This document shows, piece by piece, positions 1 to 7,888 of a DNA stretch of 64,000 nucleotides; the stretch's first letter is position 1, and each line of letters starts with the position of its first letter. Made by a program: the position numbers and the translations under genes. The stretch comes from an uncultured Candidatus Saccharibacteria bacterium (GTDB lineage Bacteria > Patescibacteriota > Minisyncoccia > Phycocordibacterales > UBA918), in NCBI GenBank assembly GCA_964353135.1, contig CAYGTV010000001.1, positions 151,138 through 215,137 on the forward strand. The letters run 5' to 3'. The notes under the pieces are model-generated. The model was not told the origin of the DNA, searched no databases, and saw nothing but the letters and a program-made list of their open reading frames with translations.

Positions 1-378
1 TCTGATTGGGCTGGCACCACGCAACAGTGGAAGCATTGAGGGGTGAACATTGATCACTCCATGTTTAGGAATGTCCAATAGCCACTTTGGCAGGATGTAG
101 TTGTATGCCACCACAACAAATACATCCCATTCCTGCGATTCAAAATATTCACGCACGCTATTGTCTTTGTATGATTCAGGTTGGTATACAGGTATATCTT
201 TTTCTTGTGCCCACACTTTAACTGGCGGGTGGGTCATTACTTGCTTGCGTCCAACTGGTTTGTCAGGGCTAGAGACTATCAGGTTAGGTGTAATACCTGT
301 CAGATATAGTTCTTCTAACACCGGTACACCCAAAGGTTCACCGCCAAAATACGCAATGTTTGTTTTTGTTTTAGACAT
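1..378 (-). CDS. fmt: Methionyl-tRNA formyltransferase (N-terminal part; runs off window edge)
   Basis: Manual translation MSKTKTNIAYFGGEPLGVPVL...PDKPVGRKQ...VVVAYNYIL...INVHPSMLPLLRGASPIR; ATG overlaps def stop (TAATG). Confidence 0.95.
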   Translation of the reverse strand, partial: MSKTKTNIAYFGGEPLGVPVLEELYLTGITPNLIVSSPDKPVGRKQVMTHPPVKVWAQEKDIPVYQPESYKDNSVREYFESQEWDVFVVVAYNYILPKWLLDIPKHGVINVHPSMLPLLRGASPIR

Positions 379-917
379 TAGTCTTCTTCAGATTTAAATT
401 CTTCGGGTTCGTTGCCTTTAGTCCAAGTTCTGATCGCTCGGTCAGGGAACAAGATTCCATCCAGGTGGTCGTATTCGTGTTGCATGATTTGTGCAAGCAG
501 GCCGCCTGCACCACGGGTAAAGGTGTTACCGTTTTCATCTTGCGCCTCGATGGTGACATTTTTGTGCCGAGCAACAATGCCGTAGGTATCGGGAAGTGAC
601 AGACAACCTTCACCCATTTCCTGCATTTTTTTAGATACTTTGATAAAGCGTGGGTTGACCGCAATGATGGTTGGAAGTCGGTCTCGTTCGCGATCGTCGC
701 CCTCTGACTGGTCCTCGATCAAGAACACCCGTTTACTCACACCAATTTGCGGTGCAGCAATAGCAACCGCAGCGTAACCATCTACGTCATAGGTTTTGAT
801 TGCCTGACGTAAGTCTTTGATGATTTTGGTTACTGTACCGTCAGCAAAATCCTCCGCAGTGCATTCCTCGGCAATTGCGTGTAGGGCAGGGTGGTTTTCA
901 GGGACTAGTTTAGCCAT
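378..917 (-). CDS. def: Peptide deformylase
   Basis: AIAAPQIG, EGCLS and QHEYDHLDG motifs; start moved to MAKLVPENHP. Confidence 0.95.
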   Translation of the reverse strand: MAKLVPENHPALHAIAEECTAEDFADGTVTKIIKDLRQAIKTYDVDGYAAVAIAAPQIGVSKRVFLIEDQSEGDDRERDRLPTIIAVNPRFIKVSKKMQEMGEGCLSLPDTYGIVARHKNVTIEAQDENGNTFTRGAGGLLAQIMQHEYDHLDGILFPDRAIRTWTKGNEPEEFKSEED

Positions 918-961
918 AGATATAGAAAATATACGGTAAATAGAGTGTGTAGTCCAGTAAG

Positions 962-999
962 AAAAAGAAAAGGACCACCCACAAGTGCGTGGATGGTCC
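962..999 (-). terminator. Intrinsic terminator of the 1007-1603 orphan gene
   Basis: GGACCAcCCAC/GTGGaTGGTCC stem followed by a T-tract on the - strand. Confidence 0.7.
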
Positions 1000-1006
1000 A
1001 ATGGTG

Positions 1007-1603
1007 CTACTTGTTCAAGATGGCAGCAGTACCATCAATTTCAGCCTGGCTCAGACATTCGCTATGTGCTGAGCTTAGGATGTTGATAACATTCCCGCAA
1101 ATCGGCTCTTCATCAGCCGACACCGCTTCCTGAGGAAACAATGCAAACCCGGCAGCTTTCTCAGCGGGCGTGAGCCTCCGAGGGCGGTTTGACTTTACTG
1201 TCACGTCGCCAAGTGCACACTGAACACGCAATCGGTCTGGCCAGAATGTGCCGCCAACCATGCGTTTACACACAAGGTTCTCGCCACTCGACCCTGCGCC
1301 AGTTTCCTGGATGTGGAAGTCGATATCCTCATCCAGCATCGCCATGTATTCAGTCGCCTTCTTAGCGAATTCGTACAACTCGCGGAGCGTTTTGTCTGGG
1401 TCGGGGATGAAAGCGGTTTGAATAACAATCCGCCGTTCGTCGCCAATGGCAGTCTGCACGATTGGGTCGATGTCGCCACTGTTAACGTCGAGCACTTTGG
1501 TGACAAACGTCAGGACCATGTCTTTTGCTGTCTTGTCCACCAGCGCGAGCGGAACTTTGTTGGCGATAATCTTGGTGCGTTGAGGGAGGGTAGATGTTGT
1601 CAT
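1007..1603 (-). CDS. Hypothetical protein (orphan cassette)
   Basis: 198-aa ORF with AAGGAG SD and TTGACT-N17-TAAATT promoter. Confidence 0.8.
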   Translation of the reverse strand: MTTSTLPQRTKIIANKVPLALVDKTAKDMVLTFVTKVLDVNSGDIDPIVQTAIGDERRIVIQTAFIPDPDKTLRELYEFAKKATEYMAMLDEDIDFHIQETGAGSSGENLVCKRMVGGTFWPDRLRVQCALGDVTVKSNRPRRLTPAEKAAGFALFPQEAVSADEEPICGNVINILSSAHSECLSQAEIDGTAAILNK

Positions 1604-1675
1604 GAGGCTACTCCTTGATTGCCTATTTCTTCTTCTTCCGACAAGAATTTAACACACTTTTGTATAAAAGTCAAC

Positions 1676-3571
1676 CTATACAATCCGTTCTGGGTTCACT
1701 TCGATTTTTACATAAGGAGGGAGTGACCGGAGTCTGTCTAGCGTAGTGACGTACGACTGCTTGTCTTCTGGGTTGAGACGAATAAGACCGTGCCGCATGA
1801 CTTTATTGTTGGTGGAATGCGGATGGTTATAGCACTGGATTTGTTCATCTTTGAGAGTATTGACTATGAGCTCTTCGGTGTCACTGGCTGCCTTGCTGCT
1901 ACCAGCCCAGGTGAGTAGGATAAACGTACAGATCGGTGGGTACTGCACCATCCGTCGTAGTTCTAGCTCGTCATCGTAAAATCGTTCGATTGCTCCGCGG
2001 GTAGCGTAGGTAAGTAGGTTGTCAGTCTCGGTCCGGGTTTGGACGAGGACTTCTTGACTGCTGGATTCTCGCAGCGTGAGTAGCAATCTAAAGAGCGACT
2101 CGTCAGCTCGCCAAGTCGGAATACTGCGGGCGGCGTCGAGGGATACAATCGCGCTGACAGCGAGACCTTGTTGCAGGTAGGGTAGTACCACCTGGGTTCC
2201 AATTAAAACTCCAGACTGTTTTTTAAAGAAGTCATTAGTTTGTTTGTGAACTTCTTTGGGGGTTTTGGCGACGGTTTGGTCAATGACAGTTACGTCAGTA
2301 TCGAGGAATTCTTTGATCCATTCGTCGGCTACTTGTTGTAGTCCGATACCTCGCTCACGCAGCCGCCATGATCCACATTTTGGGCAAGTGTCAGCCGCTG
2401 GCACTTTGCGCCCAGAGGTGCCGGATACGAACCATCGTTGTTCTTCTTGGTTGGAATCATAGGTACGTAATAAAGAGTACGGAGTTCCAGAGTCAGGACA
2501 ACGAAAGATGTGGCTACAGTCAATACAGGCAACTACTGGCGCTAAACCTCGGCGGGCAGCAAACAGGAAAACTCTACCTCGCCCTTCGAGCGCTCGCTTG
2601 ACTGAGTTTTTAAGTTCATCAGAAAACAAAACAAATGGTACGTCTGGCTTTGCTTTGTCCTTTTGATAGACGATTGAAAGCGGCGCTGGGAAGGCCATCC
2701 GTTTTGTCGGTTCGTCATAGGTGTGATAAATGTCTTCTCGACGTTTGTATTCGTCTTCGGTGCTAGGGACTGTGTCGCCGAGGATAATTTGGCGTCCGCA
2801 GGCTTTGGCAAAAGCTTTGAGACCCTCACGGTGGTCGAGGTATGGTCTGGTCCTGGCGACGTAGTGCGAGCTGCCAGAATGTTCAACAATAATTGTGCTG
2901 CAGTCTGATCGCTCGATATACGCATAGGCTGGGGTGGTGATGATTAGTTTGGCGGTCGAGGTGTCCTCGATGTCTGTATATGCCTTGTCCCGGGCTGATT
3001 TGGTCATCATTGGTGAGAGGGTGACAACCCGATCCTTGATGCCGTTTGACATATTGGCGGCACAATTAGCCACGTACGCTGCTGTTGGGACCACTAGTAT
3101 GACAGACTGCTTTTTAGCGAACTGGGTGCGAACCAGGCTTTGGTAGGTGATGTATCGCTCGTCGGTGCGGGCGGTGAGTAGTTGTGGCGTGGTGTCTTCG
3201 CTTAGTTCACTGTCTTCGCTTAATGGGTATGGACGAGAGCCATTGCGGACGTCAGGTGGCAGAAGTTGGTAGATGATAGATCCGGTTGTGGCAGGGTACT
3301 GGTTGGCGAGCGCTTCGGCAGCTGCCCGCAGTCCAGCTGGAAGCGCTCTTGCGCCTGGTTGTTGCGGTAGCTTACGCAATGAAAAGCTGGCTGCTTTGAG
3401 GGCGGTTTTACTGGCATGAGCCGGCCGGACTGCAGTTACGATTGCTGATTGAGTTTTTCCGCGAATCGGTACCTGCACAAAACTACCAATGTCGTATGGC
3501 ACGCTAGAGAAGTAGGAGAGGGATTCGAGCTGAGTGCCTCGGATGAGCGGAGTGACAACAATGACGTGCAT
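1676..3571 (-). CDS. priA: Primosomal protein N' (degenerate helicase motifs)
   Basis: N-terminal GSFVQVPIRG, RRGLAP..CxxC, CPKCGS..GIG, LIGTQ, VLVQT, YPP; Walker A not recognisable. Confidence 0.88.
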   Translation of the reverse strand: MHVIVVTPLIRGTQLESLSYFSSVPYDIGSFVQVPIRGKTQSAIVTAVRPAHASKTALKAASFSLRKLPQQPGARALPAGLRAAAEALANQYPATTGSIIYQLLPPDVRNGSRPYPLSEDSELSEDTTPQLLTARTDERYITYQSLVRTQFAKKQSVILVVPTAAYVANCAANMSNGIKDRVVTLSPMMTKSARDKAYTDIEDTSTAKLIITTPAYAYIERSDCSTIIVEHSGSSHYVARTRPYLDHREGLKAFAKACGRQIILGDTVPSTEDEYKRREDIYHTYDEPTKRMAFPAPLSIVYQKDKAKPDVPFVLFSDELKNSVKRALEGRGRVFLFAARRGLAPVVACIDCSHIFRCPDSGTPYSLLRTYDSNQEEQRWFVSGTSGRKVPAADTCPKCGSWRLRERGIGLQQVADEWIKEFLDTDVTVIDQTVAKTPKEVHKQTNDFFKKQSGVLIGTQVVLPYLQQGLAVSAIVSLDAARSIPTWRADESLFRLLLTLRESSSQEVLVQTRTETDNLLTYATRGAIERFYDDELELRRMVQYPPICTFILLTWAGSSKAASDTEELIVNTLKDEQIQCYNHPHSTNNKVMRHGLIRLNPEDKQSYVTTLDRLRSLPPYVKIEVNPERIV

Positions 3572-3636
3572 AGGGGTAGTATAGCAAAATAAGAAAAATC
3601 GGCCCGTAGGCCGATTCGTTTCTTAAGTCGCTAGAT

Positions 3637-4188
3637 TCAGAAAGGAATTTCGTCATCCTCATGGCGAGGTAAACCTTGAGCCTTGCGCTCATCTTGTTTT
3701 TGTTTTTCAGCTTCAGAATCTTCAATACGCTGTTTTAGTTTTCCCAAATAAGAGGAAAAATCAAAGTCATCGACGTTCTTCCATCGCTTGGCCATCTTTT
3801 TGGTGTAAAGGTTTGGTCCATAATAGCGATTACCCTCACCTACAGCAAGTTGACTCCAGTCGAACCGAGGTCCAATATAAATGCCACCATAAATTACTCC
3901 ACCCACGCTTATTTCAATCTCTGCCTTGAGTCCTCTTTCATAGAAAAGTCTAGATTCAAGTTGAAGTTCAAGGCCGAATTGCTTTTCATACGAACGTAGT
4001 TCCGTTTCTGCAGCTTCAGCTGTGGTTGTGACCATCGACTGAATGTGGTGAATTTTTAGTTGCTTGAATAGTCTTCCTGACTGTTCAGTGAATGTGCTGG
4101 CGTTAATCTCTCCAGCTGCGTGGCGCCGATACAATTTTCGAATTTCACGCATAGTCGCTTCGAATGAAGCTTTTTCGATTGGTGTCAT
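3637..4188 (-). CDS. Hypothetical protein (orphan cassette)
   Basis: 183-aa ORF, GGAG SD, hairpin at 3597-3616; ends in DDEIPF. Confidence 0.8.
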   Translation of the reverse strand: MTPIEKASFEATMREIRKLYRRHAAGEINASTFTEQSGRLFKQLKIHHIQSMVTTTAEAAETELRSYEKQFGLELQLESRLFYERGLKAEIEISVGGVIYGGIYIGPRFDWSQLAVGEGNRYYGPNLYTKKMAKRWKNVDDFDFSSYLGKLKQRIEDSEAEKQKQDERKAQGLPRHEDDEIPF

Positions 4189-4235
4189 TTAGAATTCTCC
4201 CAATGACTTGTTTGATGTGCTTTGTAGTGATCTAA

Positions 4236-5744
4236 CTAGAATTCCTCTAAATAGTCAACTTTGGCACCTAGTTCGGTGAGTCGCTCGACCAGCTTTTCAT
4301 AGCCGCGGTTGATGCTGTAGATGTTGCGTAAGATGGACGTTCCACTAGCTCCTAGCATAGCGATTAGTAAGATCGTCGACGGACGTAGGGCAGGAGGACA
4401 AACCAGTTCGGTCGCTCGTAGTTTGCTTGGTCCGGTGATGTAGATGCGGTGTGGGTCTGCGAGGACGGTTTCACCGCCCAATTTATCGAGCTCAGTAAAG
4501 TAAATCGCGCGTTTTTCATACATCCAGTCATGGATGAGGGTTTGACCAATGGCTTGGGTGGCAATGACGGCAAAGAAAGGTAGGTTATCAGCGTTAATTC
4601 CCGGGTATGGTCGCGAGTGGATTTTCTCGAGTGACGCTGTCAGTTTCGACGGCATGATGGTGAGGTCTACCAGTTTGGTACGACCGTTGTCCGAAATATA
4701 CACTTTTGTTTTTTTATATTTCAATCCCATTTTTTCAAGGACGAGTAGTTCTAGTTCTAGGAATTCAATCGGGCAACGCTCGATGGTGATTTTGGAATGA
4801 GTAGTGATTGCAGTTGCGATAAAAAACATACTGTCAGTTGGGTCCTCAGAAAGTGTGTATTCGATGTGCTGATCTATCTCTTTGATGCCGTGCACAGTGA
4901 GGGTAGTGGTTCCGATACCATCAATTTGTACCCCGACTGCCTCAAGGAACGTACATAGTTCCTGCACCATGTAGTTGGCACTACAGTATTTGATCGTGGT
5001 GACACCGGGCGAGAGAGCGGCACCAAGGAGTGCATTTTCAGTCACTGTATCACCCGACTCATAGAGGATAATTTCTTTGGGTTTTTTAGGTGTATATGAC
5101 ACTTTGTAGGCATCCTCGGTAACATCGATAGCAACCCCAAAGTGCTCCAGGGCAAAAAAGTGTGGTCGGACGGTACGAGAACCAAGTTTGCAACCGCCAG
5201 ACTGAGGTAGAGCAAATTTCTTGAGGTGATGAATCAATGGTCCGATAAACATCACGATACTACGGGTCCGCTTCGCCGATGCGATGTCGATACCCTTGAG
5301 GTCGTATTGTTTGGGTGGGGTAAGGGTCAGTGTGCTGCCGCTCCACTCGATTTTGACACCGATACTCTCGAGTACCTCGGTTAGGCGGTATACCTCCTCG
5401 ATCCGTGGCATTTTATGAATAGTAGTCTTTCCTTTATTAAGGAGCGCTGCACATAAAAGTACCACCGCACCGTTTTTGCTGGTGTTAGTAGTAACAGTTC
5501 CAGATAACTTGTGCCCACCTTCAATTTGTAGGTTCATCGTGCCAGGGGAGAGGGTTACTAGGTTTTTACCTAGCGCCTTGCTAATTTTTGCCAGCATTTC
5601 AGCTGAGACATTTTGCCGGCCAGACTCCATCCGCGCGACTGCTGATTGAGTGCTGTTAATTTTTTTAGCTAAGTCTGACTGGGTGAGGCCACTTGATTCA
5701 CGTAGGTCTGCAATCCGACTACCGATGTTTGTTTCCGATTTCAT
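4236..5744 (-). CDS. murA: UDP-N-acetylglucosamine 1-carboxyvinyltransferase with N-terminal XRE helix-turn-helix
   Basis: LTQSDLA..TQSAVARMESG HTH, then SKNG, GGCKLGSR (catalytic Cys loop), PYPG, RGYE. Confidence 0.93.
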   Translation of the reverse strand: MKSETNIGSRIADLRESSGLTQSDLAKKINSTQSAVARMESGRQNVSAEMLAKISKALGKNLVTLSPGTMNLQIEGGHKLSGTVTTNTSKNGAVVLLCAALLNKGKTTIHKMPRIEEVYRLTEVLESIGVKIEWSGSTLTLTPPKQYDLKGIDIASAKRTRSIVMFIGPLIHHLKKFALPQSGGCKLGSRTVRPHFFALEHFGVAIDVTEDAYKVSYTPKKPKEIILYESGDTVTENALLGAALSPGVTTIKYCSANYMVQELCTFLEAVGVQIDGIGTTTLTVHGIKEIDQHIEYTLSEDPTDSMFFIATAITTHSKITIERCPIEFLELELLVLEKMGLKYKKTKVYISDNGRTKLVDLTIMPSKLTASLEKIHSRPYPGINADNLPFFAVIATQAIGQTLIHDWMYEKRAIYFTELDKLGGETVLADPHRIYITGPSKLRATELVCPPALRPSTILLIAMLGASGTSILRNIYSINRGYEKLVERLTELGAKVDYLEEF

Positions 5745-5750
5745 CCCAGT

Positions 5751-5769
5751 AGTATAGCAGATCTGCTAT
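5751..5769 (-). promoter_or_regulatory. murA extended -10 (TGcTATACT) overlapped by the perfect palindrome ATAGCAGATCTGCTAT
   Basis: 16-bp perfect palindrome at 5754-5769, about 10 nt upstream of the ATG. Confidence 0.7.
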
Positions 5770-5850
5770 GTGGTTAGTACTTTATAAACATTGACTTTAT
5801 ACATATTACATGTATAATTTACGATTAAATGGCAATATAGGAGATAAGCC

Positions 5851-6135
5851 ATGTCGTTGTTCACTAAAATCAAAGCGTTCGCCAGCAAGGTGTTTAACTG
5901 GTTTTGCGTGTCGCTGCTGCTGCTCTGGGTTTTGTTGCAGTGGGCTGAAGGTCCACTGCCGTTGATCGTCAACACTGTGGGTGTTTTGGCTCTCGTGGTG
6001 GTGATGCTGGGAGTTGCATTAAACCGCAGAGCAAATTGGCAGCAGCGCCAGTTTAAAGAGGAAGAAATGCTTGACCTGGAATCTGGCCATTCGGCCGGAA
6101 CACAAGCTTGGCGAGCTTACATCAAGCTAAGCTAA
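5851..6135 (+). CDS. Small membrane protein, 2 predicted TM helices (orphan cassette)
   Basis: TTGACT..TATAAT promoter, AGGAG SD, terminator at 6139-6173. Confidence 0.8.
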   Translation: MSLFTKIKAFASKVFNWFCVSLLLLWVLLQWAEGPLPLIVNTVGVLALVVVMLGVALNRRANWQQRQFKEEEMLDLESGHSAGTQAWRAYIKLS

Positions 6136-6223
6136 GACAAAGGCCGTTCCGGAACAACACCGGAGCGGCCTTTCTGCTTCCTTTTTTACCAGCGCTTGGT
6201 ACACTGACTGACACTTATTACAT

Positions 6224-7243
6224 ATGTCATTTTTTTCTAACTTTACGCCTAAAATTGGTATTGACCTTGGGACTACCAACATCCTCGTATTTGTACCAGG
6301 ACAGGGGATTGTTTTAAACGAACCGTCAGTGGTGGCGGTGAGTGATGATAACAAAGTTCTAGCTGTAGGAACCGAGGCAAAACTGATGATTGGTCGAACA
6401 CCGGAAAGTATCCGAGCGTATCGCCCGATGCGAGACGGGGTGATTGCAGACTACCGGGTGACCGAGGCGATGCTCCGGTACTTTTTACGTAAATCTATGA
6501 GTAGTTTTAGTTTATTTCGACCAGACGTGATGGTGTCAGTGCCGGCTGGTGTGACCAGTACCGAGCGTCGAGCAGTAGTAGAAGCAGCAATGAAAGCAGG
6601 GGCTAAAAATGCTTTTGTGGTCAAAGAGCCAATTTTGGCCGCCATTGGTGCCGGGGTCCCAATCTATGAGCCACAAGGACACATGATTGTTGATATCGGA
6701 GGTGGGACGATCGACGTTGCGGTCATTTCGCTCGGGGGTATTGTGTCTTCCAACTCGGTCAAATGTGCTGGGAACAAGATTGACGCTGCGATTATTGACT
6801 ACGTCAAAAAAACTAGAAATCTAGCAATAGGAGAAAAAACTGCCGAGGAAATCAAGATTGGGGTCGGAAGCGCTCTGCCTTTAGAAGATGAGCTAGCAAT
6901 GGAGGTCAACGGTCGTGATATGGTCAGCGGGCTACCGCGGACAGTTGAAATAAAATCAAATGAAATCGTAAAGGCAATCAGCAAGGAGCTAAAAGAAATG
7001 ATCGCTGCAATTAAAACTGTGTTCCAGGAAACACCGCCCGAGCTGTCATCAGACATTATCGATAGTGGGATTATCATGACCGGCGGTACATCACAGCTGC
7101 GCAATTTCCCAGAACTCATCCGTCGCCGGACTGGTGTAAAAGCGGTAGTCGCTGACCAAGCACTATTTTGCGTAGCGAAGGGGACAGGAATTGCGCTGGA
7201 GCATTTGGATGTGTATAAGCGAGCAGTGCTTGCAAAAAAGTAA
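6224..7243 (+). CDS. mreB: Rod shape-determining actin MreB/Mbl (paralog 1)
   Basis: GIDLGTTN, EPSVVA, VDIGGGT, TPPEL, TGG motifs. Confidence 0.95.
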   Translation: MSFFSNFTPKIGIDLGTTNILVFVPGQGIVLNEPSVVAVSDDNKVLAVGTEAKLMIGRTPESIRAYRPMRDGVIADYRVTEAMLRYFLRKSMSSFSLFRPDVMVSVPAGVTSTERRAVVEAAMKAGAKNAFVVKEPILAAIGAGVPIYEPQGHMIVDIGGGTIDVAVISLGGIVSSNSVKCAGNKIDAAIIDYVKKTRNLAIGEKTAEEIKIGVGSALPLEDELAMEVNGRDMVSGLPRTVEIKSNEIVKAISKELKEMIAAIKTVFQETPPELSSDIIDSGIIMTGGTSQLRNFPELIRRRTGVKAVVADQALFCVAKGTGIALEHLDVYKRAVLAKK

Positions 7244-7486
7244 AATCACGAGCGTAGCGACTATATTTTACTTTGTTCCGGATTCGACCTACCAAGGGAT
7301 TACCACAGGAGTATTTCCATTTCTATATTCCCACTAGTCATTAGAAATTGGTCAATCCCTGGAACTGGAGCTCTAAAATTTCGCTTTAATCCTCCTTGCG
7401 ATACGCGGGTAAGCCCAGGCTTTCTTTGTCCGCCGCACAACCACGACAGTCGTTGTTTCCTGGCTATCAGGGTAATATATTATATT

Positions 7487-7831
7487 ATGTATAAACTGAC
7501 TAAACAAAATACCTTGACATCAAAATTGAAGTTTGAAATCGACTTGACTGTTTACCCTGACGTTGACGGAATGGGCATTGTCAGAGGTAAAACTGAAACT
7601 GGACACAATCAAGAATTTTATGATAAAGAATCAACTTTTACGTATGTAATTTTGTCTGGTTCAGCAAGGTTTTTTATAAATGATGAACCGGTTGATGTAT
7701 CAGCTGGAGATTGTATAACTATTAAACCAAAAAATCGCTTTTATTTTAAAGGTTCCATGGAATGGTTACTTTTGACAACACCTGCTTGGAAACCTGAAAA
7801 TGAAGTTGAAGTTCGGTCGTGTGTCTGGTGA
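7487..7831 (+). CDS. Cupin domain protein
   Basis: GH..EFY...YVILSG...V.AGD.I.I.P cupin pattern; AT-rich. Confidence 0.75.
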   Translation: MYKLTKQNTLTSKLKFEIDLTVYPDVDGMGIVRGKTETGHNQEFYDKESTFTYVILSGSARFFINDEPVDVSAGDCITIKPKNRFYFKGSMEWLLLTTPAWKPENEVEVRSCVW

Positions 7832-7888
7832 TTGTTATCCATGGCAATGGGCTTAATTCCTCTATCAGGCAGGGTATGATAATAAGTA

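Noticed and set aside
7410-7460. ZMP/ZTP (pfl) riboswitch-like GCCTGGGC on the - strand
   Set aside because: The remaining consensus is missing and there is no downstream gene in that orientation
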